This document shows positions 19,401 through 26,701 of a stretch of 64,000 nt of DNA, piece after piece. The notes beneath the pieces are model-generated. The model was not told where the DNA came from and ran no database searches. It saw nothing but the letters and a program-made list of their open reading frames with translations. The first letter of the stretch is position 1. Every line of letters starts with the position of its first letter. Source of the stretch: Candidatus Omnitrophota bacterium (GTDB lineage: Bacteria > Omnitrophota > Gorgyraeia > Zapsychrales > Fredricksoniimonadaceae); assembly GCA_963828495.1 (NCBI GenBank), contig CAWHFJ010000014.1, positions 41,538-105,537 of the forward strand. The letters run 5' to 3'. The translations under genes and the position numbers were made by a program.

Positions 19401-20302
19401 TCAGTGTAAACATTGGCCTGCCAGGAAGGATTCTCCCTGATCGTGGCGCAGAGACGCTCATCTGAAGAATTTAAATAAACATTTAGAACCAAAAGCCGGC
19501 CTGATGGATCAGCCATCAAACGCGACAGAACGATGGTGCGCAAGGATTCATCGAGATCAGGAAGCTGAAGAATTCTGACTACTTCGGCATTCTGAGACTT
19601 ACCGATATAGTCCTCCTGTTGGTCAGGCCCCAAGCTTTGAAAATAGCTTAAAGATCCGAACGATCTTGGCCTTGCCAAATAAGTTAGATCCAGGGGAGCC
19701 TGTGAATTTTGTGGAGAAGGGTTATCCCGTATATAATTCCGAGTCATCCCTTCGGCCAAAACATACAGATCATGGTCTATGTATTGCTGAATGTTGCCTA
19801 TTTCCGGCGAGGTAGTGAGGAAAATCTTATGCGCCTCTGTCAACTTGTCAAAAAGAACCTTTGTGTTAATATCCTCATGCCAGGCTCCTTTGGGAGGTTT
19901 TTCAAACAAAGCCTTATTAAGGGCATTGGGAAGATTCTTCAGGGCCAATTTGCTCATAATCCAAGTTCTGGCCAAATCCCTTATAACAGCGGCTTGCGGA
20001 ACATCCGGATGCCTTTTATAATAGGCATCAAACTCATTGTAGATCCTGGCAAGGTCCCCTTCCGTCCAGTATTTGCCCTGCAGCAACGAGGCCAAGCCGA
20101 TTGAATCCGGGTTGGCGGCAAGCAGGGTCAGAAACACTTTCTTGACCGCTTCAGGCGATACGTCCGGATAAATGGCATCAGGAGCAAAATTATCTTCAGT
20201 GCTGGTTTGAAGTATTTTTGGGTTGTTGGTAAGAATATCTTCAACCGATTGATAACCCAGGTCAAGGACTTCCCCATTACCTGCTGCTGGAGGCTTTAGC
20301 AA
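16418..20302 (-). CDS. large multi-domain membrane protein of unknown function; probable continuation of the ORF starting at ATG 20660
   Basis: 1294-codon ORF that opens immediately after a stop with TTG. Hydrophobic segments near aa 460-480 and 770-820. Segment VDAVVIICESRGD...VYVLPLRARGSGYAYLDAL. C-terminal GGIDLDF...GFKGFNFNIIRF. Confidence 0.7.
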   Translation of the reverse strand: MLKPPAAGNGEVLDLGYQSVEDILTNNPKILQTSTEDNFAPDAIYPDVSPEAVKKVFLTLLAANPDSIGLASLLQGKYWTEGDLARIYNEFDAYYKRHPDVPQAAVIRDLARTWIMSKLALKNLPNALNKALFEKPPKGAWHEDINTKVLFDKLTEAHKIFLTTSPEIGNIQQYIDHDLYVLAEGMTRNYIRDNPSPQNSQAPLDLTYLARPRSFGSLSYFQSLGPDQQEDYIGKSQNAEVVRILQLPDLDESLRTIVLSRLMADPSGRLLVLNVYLNSSDERLCATIRENPSWQANVYTDAQAIDNPTTNRIFRAANRKLNRETRQEEPLNALLDPQIYSALELRSLDDPRGDSIRTAQVHKVAIEWALEAVRQWPEYSQQLSSKTTHITEPEINLDELTQKSQSQHDPREFEGTFQTYLRNHEDTPKNKKLLENFTSLIDQFDINHINNLNRDLPSFPSIVKYVFWIAGLLGVYGGTKAIRALYHNFVYLPTADLRTLVKDLNEGTLKDTTTENHNGSNQAMRTVAQETKIGPFDKWEELMRTWSQPNQRVPLKQLSSDLNFILNNIFEQISSMRYSPELIRDTEDEKFYQEAPYNKFYQVSYKRFLRVANETVLYLTERLANEPLLRSRDQQADIMRTSLMEDKNTIIKSMRYAKLFLLILKCRGTIDKFMTYKFRGKDWGRELLYGIARKIFFYDPVRWGLQVMLKLEIPHLLQQGNEILPGLYRDPKAIFQESQTRLQQVIAGGIPIYSAQLPEDARDHKLRDFRSMMFSLLAPLQLALSSYLYLSGRSEFDFVSGLISLFSVFYTVFNFWIPNLKSLNFLWGRNVDRVIDKADRQLDKLIDPYGTYRNGRPQEQKNIDLVKAEGRKAIEAQLNPNTRSVDAVVIICESRGDIGAVEEHLQAIKAKLIGTGVDVYVLPLRARGSGYAYLDALRIIKKGSKRRVFEFIGSDIIPDPNLWDLGLINGIRAAQSMAENGKTGDVLVFPKSPDFGPIQDARDAHITLMTSKVKNSDLPLVGAVNTDYPLTGDSTVKEILEKGGVKTINRFLEEKMASLNDLVEKHRASNGIYTLDDDAVKIFSKISDVLKNSQLEDKLQRIHWTSDLLIPVVIFLMKQVNDNIRGVYGRYITVRSAWPDLNPKGSPLTNGERRDVEDVLGQLYEIVAAAVNAINPRLAVKAYEPYASSFRPNTTKERWQNGDAQVQETLAYVKEVVSAVNKAQVSSRKTSEGGIDLDFKPQFIEQSSGDSVPVIQDGAAANMPDGFKGFNFNIIRFTSNLTVNGAFELMFTPN

Positions 20303-21062
20303 TCAACTGGATAAAGAACCGCAAATCTTTGCGTTCCTGAACCATAAATCTGACAATCTGCTCTCTGACACCCTGGGCAGACGAGAACATGATCGTTCGT
20401 ATAAGAGCATCCACAGAATCCTTCGTGTTCGGATAATACTTGAGCATCTCCAAGACTTCCATACGATTAAGAGGATTGGTATCGTTAAGGCCTTCGCCTA
20501 TAAATGCCTGAGGGTTGGTCGTAGGTACCGCATGACTACTGTAACCCCTTTGAGGTGTCTCCACGCGGCTATCCTGGGCCTGAAGGGAACCGGCACCCAG
20601 AGCAACCGCCGCCGAGAATAAACCAAGCTCTTTTAAAAACTGTCTACGGTTACTCAACATGGCTTTGTCTTTCTGGGTGCTTCCACCTTGCTTCGAGGTT
20701 TCTATCTGCACTCCCATTTTTCTTAAAATTTCTATCTGCCGCAAATATTGCGTTTTAAGATCAACCAGTTTGACAGACAAATCCGCTATTTTTTGACGTT
20801 CGGGGTAATACTGATACTGGACAAAGACCTCCGGGTCATTACCGGCGAAAGTTTGCCAAACTCTCAGGGCATCTTGATACTCTTCTTGTACCGATGCAAT
20901 TTCCCGGGCGTAATAATTGATGTTATCAATAGCCTGCCTGGCTTGCGCCCCAATATCCATTCTCGTTTTCTCAACTTTAGCCCTAGCCGCGTCAAGCTGT
21001 GAGGCAATAATTTCTTTTTCAAGTCTCCCTTGTTGATTAATGACCGGCCAAGAAAAACTCAT
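20277..21062 (-). CDS. composite ORF: end of the TolC-like domain (to ~20661), then in frame a twin-arginine signal (ATG 20660) and the N-terminus of the next large protein
   Basis: FSWPVINQQGRLEKEIIASQLDAARAKVEKTR is TolC-repeat-like. MLSNRRQFLKELGLFSAAVALGAGSLQA matches the RRxFLK Tat consensus. Confidence 0.6.
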   Translation of the reverse strand: MSFSWPVINQQGRLEKEIIASQLDAARAKVEKTRMDIGAQARQAIDNINYYAREIASVQEEYQDALRVWQTFAGNDPEVFVQYQYYPERQKIADLSVKLVDLKTQYLRQIEILRKMGVQIETSKQGGSTQKDKAMLSNRRQFLKELGLFSAAVALGAGSLQAQDSRVETPQRGYSSHAVPTTNPQAFIGEGLNDTNPLNRMEVLEMLKYYPNTKDSVDALIRTIMFSSAQGVREQIVRFMVQERKDLRFFIQLIAKASSSR

Positions 21063-21643
21063 GACCGGATTAAAACCCGGGGTCGTGGTTGAAACGCGGT
21101 CAATGCTCCCCCCAAAGGTTCGTATGGCAAACTGCTTATATTCACATCCGGGGGCGTCATTATTGCACCAACACCAAGGGTCGGTAAATTCTTTACATGA
21201 TTTACTGTTAATGACTTGAGTTGAATCTCTACATCAGCCTGGGCCTTTAGCAGACGCGGGTCCTTGCTGTTTGGGCCCGTAGCTTGCGCAATAAGCCCTT
21301 GAGGATCTGCAACACTTGAGAATGTCCCTGCTGTGAACGGCACATCAGCAGTCATCGTCGGGCCTGCCGCTGATGTTTGACCGGTTAAAAGATTAAGTGT
21401 ATTGGCCCAAAAGCTCTCTTGACGCTTAAATTCTACGGCATCGCCATCTGCTTTATGGATCTGTCCCTGGAGCTTTATCGGCAATGTATCATCTTGCGCA
21501 ACGATGCCAAGAGAGGTGGCGATACCCACTTTTTGCTGTGCCTCATTTAAATCCCTGAGCAGTGCGTCTTGTATCTGAATTTTCTGCTGTACGCCATAGA
21601 GCTCAATTAATGCATCATGGGCATTCTCGATCTGCTGTAACAT
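21059..21643 (-). CDS. TolC-like outer-membrane-factor domain, middle fragment (probable continuation of 21615-25535)
   Basis: Helical heptad-like sequence, then ...DPRLLKAQADVEIQLKSLTVNHVKNLPTLGVGAIMT, the typical start of the second TolC repeat. No signal peptide of its own. Confidence 0.65.
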   Translation of the reverse strand: MLQQIENAHDALIELYGVQQKIQIQDALLRDLNEAQQKVGIATSLGIVAQDDTLPIKLQGQIHKADGDAVEFKRQESFWANTLNLLTGQTSAAGPTMTADVPFTAGTFSSVADPQGLIAQATGPNSKDPRLLKAQADVEIQLKSLTVNHVKNLPTLGVGAIMTPPDVNISSLPYEPLGGALTAFQPRPRVLIRS

Positions 21644-24600
21644 GGGCCGTTTGCAAAGTATAATTTAAGGAATTTGTTCCCGCACGCGCCAATGCTTCTT
21701 CTTTGCCTATGCCCCCGCTCACTATATGAATAAAATCACCAAAAAAGTCCCCAAAAATAATACTGCCTATATTGGCAAGACGTCCATATGGCGTAATTCC
21801 GGCTCCAAAACCATTAATCAGGGCATTGGCCCCGACCATGCCGGAAAACTTGCCATTCCCATTCCCGAACAAACTGCCTGTAATATTAAATTTCTTAGCC
21901 CTGGGAAAGCCTTCGGCAATTTTACTTTGCCAATATTGATGAAACTCATCAATGAACAAGTATTGATTTTGGTCGACCAGTGGATCTAGTTTTGCAAAGT
22001 TCAACGCAGGACCCTGAGGAGAATAATAGGCCGGCGGCGCTGCAGGCATGTTGGCTTGAGCGGTCCTATTGGGCATAAAGAGACTGGTGGCATATCCCTC
22101 AAGCAGGTCAGGCGGCGGCGGGGGCGGCGGAGATACCACTGACACCGTCGAAGGTGAATTTAAATGGCTTGCCGATAACAGGGCCTGGGCTTGTTTTTTT
22201 TCTTGCTCGGTCAATAAGGTGACCCTCACCCTGTCCTGCGGTACCATGGGGCCGGGGTGTAAAATATGCATTGGGTCATAGACTGTAACCTTAACAGAAT
22301 TAAGCCCTTCAAGGGCTATGGATGGGCTATGCGGACTTGGGAGAACAGCCGTCACTTCACCTAATAATCTTCCGTGGTAAGTGCCTACTTCTACAAAATC
22401 TCCGACGTGGGCATTAGGCAGAATGACGGAGAGTTGATCGTCTTCAAAACTGCCCAGAAAAACCCGGTCCTTGAGGACCCGATAAAGGCCATCGCCCTCT
22501 TGAAAAACGTTTGAGCCATTCTCGCCGGACCAAACAATAACGCCGTCTGCGTCAGCCTTAACATCCAGCCGGGCCATTTGATCTTGGAGTTCACGTGCGT
22601 CGGCTATCAATTGGTTCTTGGCAATGGCCAGATTCGCCAATGTCTTGGCATTAATAGGCGTGCCGTCTGCCAGGAAGGGATGACTGAGCTTGATATTTAT
22701 AGCTTCGATTTGGGTGAGTTTAATATTAAGTTGCGTCTTAAGAGGTGTGGGGTCCCCCTGGGCAACGGACTGTCCCTGTTTGACCCAGTCTCCCTGGTTG
22801 ACCTTCAATTGATAGGACGTGGCCGCAGGGGCCGTTTTGGTGTATTCATTGACTTTACCGACGAAGGTATGCGTAGTCCCTTGACCCGGGAAATTAGGAA
22901 GTGTAAAATTATCGGTCGGTCCTAAAAATTGTACATGCAACCTCAACTGTTGGTCCAATTGTTCTTCAGATATAGGCGCCTGCGGCGTCACTATAATACT
23001 TAAATATCTGGTTTGCAGCTTAGATGACAAATCATAATTAAACCAGAAGGTGCTTTTATTCACAGGAATTTCAGTCCTGTGAATATCCTGCAGAGTGACG
23101 GCCATATTTTCAAAATACTGAACATTGCCTGGGATCGGGATATCAAAACGCAGTCTGTCCCTGGTACGGTAACTTAGGACCACAGTCCCCGGTTTTATAG
23201 AATCCCCTTCAGAAACGCTCACATCATAGACTGTAGAATTATACGGGGCTTTTAATTGGCGAAGGCCCTCTTGGGTCTTTGCATCATCCAATTGTTGTTG
23301 CAGATCCAGGAGTTTTAACTTAGCTTCAACCAAATCCAAGCTGTTACTTGCCCCTTGAGACTGCCCTTTTTCCAAAGTGCTCACTAAATCTTGCTGGATT
23401 TGGATGTCACTGGTCAATCTTTCAATATCAAAGGTGTTGTGACGATCTTTCACATTCACTAAAGGACCATTAACAGAAACATTCTTGCCTGATACAAGAC
23501 CAGAAACGACCCCGCCGACCCTCGACACAATCTGACTTTCTAAAGGCGTCGGACGCATAAGATAATCATGCGTATAAATGGCTTGGGCGGCCCTTGGTGC
23601 CGGAATGTTATGTGTTAAAGCAGCCGGTACACCAGGCAACGCCTGCGCAACTGTTGAGAGCGGCGCAACTGCCGGCATGGACGGTAACTTTGCCAAATCT
23701 TCCGGAGGAGGCGATCCGCTGGGTAATCCTCCATCAGGTCCAACCGCTTTAACCGCCTGGGCAATGGCCTGCCTTGTTTCCGGGCCCAAGCGCCCATCCT
23801 CAACGTGCACACCTAATTTATGCTGTGCGGCAACAATGATGGCCTCCAGCACGCGCCCCACATGGTTCTGTTTAAAAGAACGGTCCCAATTCCTTGCCAT
23901 CCAGTTGATGTCCACATTATATTTCCTGCCTGTTCGCGGGTTGCTTCCCCTATTCAATGCCATGACATCATCCAGATGGACAACTTTTCTGACCTCTTGA
24001 ATATCTTGACGGTCCGCAGGAGTAATCTCCCCTCCAAAACGAAGGATATGATTCGACGGGGCCAGGGCCTGTGCGGGTGGAGCTTTGAGTGTCGGCGTGG
24101 GGGCCTCCTGCACCAATGAAGCCGTGACTGCCCGAGTTTGATCTTGCGCCAACAGCCGGGGCCGGGCCAATCCACCCAACGGCGAAGTAAGAGTCAAAAC
24201 CAAAGCCACCGTCAAGACCAATTTCCGTAAAAATGACGGCAGAGCCCTTTGTGCCAAATCTCCCTGATCCGAGGTAATAGGATTATCAACGGCCAGTGCT
24301 ACGGTCATAGCAAAATTCTTTAACGATAATTCACTAATGGGCTCACTGCCGGAAGCGTTCATGCCGTTGCGCCCAATGGGCAAAAGTTCGACACGGGCCA
24401 CGCCAAGCGAGGAACCTGCCGTCATCTGAACAAAATCTCCTTTGATGGCATTAGCATCAGGTACCCTCAAGGTCTTCATCGCCTTGTCTAAATCCCCAAA
24501 AAAAAGCCCTCCGGAAAAATATTTTCGCGGCACCACCTGTTGAGAAATGGGATCCGTATCCTCACGAATATAGTTGTAGGCCCCGGTTTTATAAATATGC

Positions 24601-25535
24601 AAATATTGTTTATAGATCTGTTCTTTGGCATTCTTGTCCACCCCATCGATCCCGGAAATTTTCTTCTTATTGACATAACAATGAGACAGAATATTTCTTT
24701 TTAACGTGCGTTTAAACCAGGCGGCCATGACCATAGAATAAAAAATCTGACGAACAGGAGCAAAATTCTTCCCTTCATTGATCTCTTTTTCCAATTCGGG
24801 CAATATGATCTCTTGGGTAATAATCGCAGTTATTTTATGTGTCTCATATCCCCCTCCCCTAACCCCTCCCACCAGGGGAGGGGAACTATGTTTCTTTAAG
24901 GCTAAATAATCCTCCTCCAACATGACCTTAAGATGTGTCTGGCCAATCAAGGCGGAGTTGCCCATGTCATAAACAATGGCGCGATCCGGAACGATCCAGA
25001 CCTTATTGTACGTATTGACCGGAAGCTCGGTTGTCCCGAATTTTTCATACGTTTTTTTGTAGACTTGTGCCCAAAATTTCTTGCCCAAACGTGTTTCCGG
25101 ATAAGTCAATGAAGAGGCCAATTGCTTTAGTAGTTTGTCCTGCTTAAGAAGAGTATTGCCGGCATCGGTCAAGGCTAATTCATCCGGAATGATCCGGCCG
25201 GATTCATAGGGGGACAGATTGACCCAAAGGTCTTTTTCGGGGATCGTTAGACAAGTGAGGAAATATTTGACCAGAAGAGACGTTTCCTTCTGGTCAAGCG
25301 TATGGCGGTCCCCGGAATCGACCACAAAATCGAGTTCAAACGGCTTATCCGGATAAACACGCATCCCGCGTAAAACAGGAAAAGAATAGGGAACGGAAAG
25401 TTCAAGAATATTGCTCTGCAGGTGAGGCAGAAAAGGCGTGTCTTGGGCTTGAACTCTCTCCAAATTGCTTTCGAACAATAAGAACACCAATAAGCCGCAG
25501 ATTATTCGAAAAATTTTGGATTTTCTCTTCAACAT
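21615..25535 (-). CDS. giant envelope protein: N-terminal anchor/signal, ~400-aa conserved unknown domain, PG-binding-like segment, HlyD/MFP-like units, Pro8 linker, start of TolC-like domain
   Basis: 1306-codon ORF with KDLWVNLSPYE...LKVMLEEDYLAL domain and LGVHVEDGRLGPETRQAIAQAV. MFP-like signatures are KAPYNSTVYDVSVSEGDSIKPGTVVL, YQLKVNQGDWVKQGQSVAQGD and VKADADGVIVWSG. PPPPPPPP is followed by FNITGSLFGNG...IVSGGIGKEEALARA. Confidence 0.75.
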   Translation of the reverse strand: MLKRKSKIFRIICGLLVFLLFESNLERVQAQDTPFLPHLQSNILELSVPYSFPVLRGMRVYPDKPFELDFVVDSGDRHTLDQKETSLLVKYFLTCLTIPEKDLWVNLSPYESGRIIPDELALTDAGNTLLKQDKLLKQLASSLTYPETRLGKKFWAQVYKKTYEKFGTTELPVNTYNKVWIVPDRAIVYDMGNSALIGQTHLKVMLEEDYLALKKHSSPPLVGGVRGGGYETHKITAIITQEIILPELEKEINEGKNFAPVRQIFYSMVMAAWFKRTLKRNILSHCYVNKKKISGIDGVDKNAKEQIYKQYLHIYKTGAYNYIREDTDPISQQVVPRKYFSGGLFFGDLDKAMKTLRVPDANAIKGDFVQMTAGSSLGVARVELLPIGRNGMNASGSEPISELSLKNFAMTVALAVDNPITSDQGDLAQRALPSFLRKLVLTVALVLTLTSPLGGLARPRLLAQDQTRAVTASLVQEAPTPTLKAPPAQALAPSNHILRFGGEITPADRQDIQEVRKVVHLDDVMALNRGSNPRTGRKYNVDINWMARNWDRSFKQNHVGRVLEAIIVAAQHKLGVHVEDGRLGPETRQAIAQAVKAVGPDGGLPSGSPPPEDLAKLPSMPAVAPLSTVAQALPGVPAALTHNIPAPRAAQAIYTHDYLMRPTPLESQIVSRVGGVVSGLVSGKNVSVNGPLVNVKDRHNTFDIERLTSDIQIQQDLVSTLEKGQSQGASNSLDLVEAKLKLLDLQQQLDDAKTQEGLRQLKAPYNSTVYDVSVSEGDSIKPGTVVLSYRTRDRLRFDIPIPGNVQYFENMAVTLQDIHRTEIPVNKSTFWFNYDLSSKLQTRYLSIIVTPQAPISEEQLDQQLRLHVQFLGPTDNFTLPNFPGQGTTHTFVGKVNEYTKTAPAATSYQLKVNQGDWVKQGQSVAQGDPTPLKTQLNIKLTQIEAINIKLSHPFLADGTPINAKTLANLAIAKNQLIADARELQDQMARLDVKADADGVIVWSGENGSNVFQEGDGLYRVLKDRVFLGSFEDDQLSVILPNAHVGDFVEVGTYHGRLLGEVTAVLPSPHSPSIALEGLNSVKVTVYDPMHILHPGPMVPQDRVRVTLLTEQEKKQAQALLSASHLNSPSTVSVVSPPPPPPPDLLEGYATSLFMPNRTAQANMPAAPPAYYSPQGPALNFAKLDPLVDQNQYLFIDEFHQYWQSKIAEGFPRAKKFNITGSLFGNGNGKFSGMVGANALINGFGAGITPYGRLANIGSIIFGDFFGDFIHIVSGGIGKEEALARAGTNSLNYTLQTAHVTADRECP
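24849..24886. repeat. family B hairpin repeat inside the giant gene
   Basis: tccccctcccctaacccctcccaccaggggaggggaac, translated in frame as SSPPLVGGVRGGGY. Confidence 0.85.
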
Positions 25536-25583
25536 AACTTTTGCCTATATGACACGGCCACAATATAAATATATGTGCTACGC

Positions 25584-25621
25584 GTGACAGAATCCTTACG
25601 GAGATGTGAATTTCTTGTGAA
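25584..25621 (-). promoter_or_regulatory. Pho-box-like cassette, copy 2
   Basis: TTCACAagaaaTTCACAtctccgTAAGGATTCTGTCAC on the minus strand, 48 nt upstream of the giant-gene ATG 25535. Confidence 0.6.
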
Positions 25622-25777
25622 TTTAAAAACGCACCATGAATCTTGGCTATACCCAAGTGTAGAATTTTAATATTAGGAAATATAAACGTTAATGTTAAGT
25701 TATGGTTAAGAATGTTCTTAAATGAAACTTAATTGTCCCCTCATCCTTTCCTCATATGCGTCGGTTATATTGACACC

Positions 25778-26701
25778 ATGCTTAACCTCAGATCCTATCT
25801 ATCAAGGCCCAAAATCATCGAAACTATCAAAAAAAATGTCCGTTTTGAAACAGCCAAAATGATTGATATTTTCCCATCCGAAGAAAAAGACAGTCTCATT
25901 TTAAAAATTGTCGAGGAATGTGATTTTTGGCTGGCACACATTAAAGAACATTTAGCGCTCTCAATTGTTTCCCCTTCCCTTGATATTGCTGTTCATGAGA
26001 CAGACTACCCTAAAAGTTTCTACAGCAAGGCCCTGAGAATAGGTATATATCCCATTGCCGCCAACCCCATCCACTGGGGGCATTTGCTGGTCGCCCTATC
26101 AGCCATGGCTCATTATTCACTGGATAAAGTTGTGTTTATTATTGCCGGCGATGACCCAAGAAAATCCTGTTTAGCCCCCTGCCAATGGCGGCATTATTTA
26201 TCCGATCGTATTTTGATGAAATTCAATCCTCTTTTGGCTTACTCCAACATCGCCCGGAACCATAATTTTGACGGAGAAACAAACATTTTTAGGTTTTTAA
26301 GTCTGAACCCCTTTCAAAAAATCGATGCGTTTTATATCAGCGGGACGGACCACTACTATCGTCGGGACCCTAAAAAGGCAGATAAGGACACCATCCAGAA
26401 ACTGGAAGAAAATATCACACAAAAAATATACGGTTTTAATGATCTCCTGCACTCTGTCTCCATAATCTTTGCCAAACGTAAAGGGGGCTCGGATATTCCG
26501 GTCAAAACCCGTTTAAACGTCGGTTTTATTCCGTGTCTTGGTTTTGATGCATCCTCCACCCTGGTCCGGGAAGCCCTTAACGATTTCACCCAAAACCAAT
26601 CCCTTGCCCTCTTGCCATACACGGTTTATGAAAGCATCCTCTCTGCCAAAGAAAGATTGTTTACAGAGAAACCACTCATTGAAAATTATGGATTACACTA
26701 A
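25778..26701 (+). CDS. NadD-like nucleotidyltransferase with N-terminal extension
   Basis: GIYPIAANPIHWGH (HxGH) and SSTLVREAL (ISSTxxR-like) motifs of nicotinate-nucleotide adenylyltransferases. HxGH lies ~100 aa from the start. Confidence 0.6.
   Translation: MLNLRSYLSRPKIIETIKKNVRFETAKMIDIFPSEEKDSLILKIVEECDFWLAHIKEHLALSIVSPSLDIAVHETDYPKSFYSKALRIGIYPIAANPIHWGHLLVALSAMAHYSLDKVVFIIAGDDPRKSCLAPCQWRHYLSDRILMKFNPLLAYSNIARNHNFDGETNIFRFLSLNPFQKIDAFYISGTDHYYRRDPKKADKDTIQKLEENITQKIYGFNDLLHSVSIIFAKRKGGSDIPVKTRLNVGFIPCLGFDASSTLVREALNDFTQNQSLALLPYTVYESILSAKERLFTEKPLIENYGLH

Noticed and set aside
23058-23084. 10-bp perfect inverted repeat ATTCACAGGA-N7-TCCTGTGAAT inside the giant gene, containing the TTCACA hexamer.
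   Set aside because: A single occurrence inside coding sequence. One such repeat is about what chance predicts in 64 kb, and its inverted arrangement differs from the direct-repeat cassette.
26538-26687. 50-codon N-terminal extension of the pilT ORF overlapping the nadD-like gene.
   Set aside because: PilT homology starts at MDYTKVIPLL (ATG 26688). The extension is Pro/Ser-rich read-through of the upstream gene in another frame.
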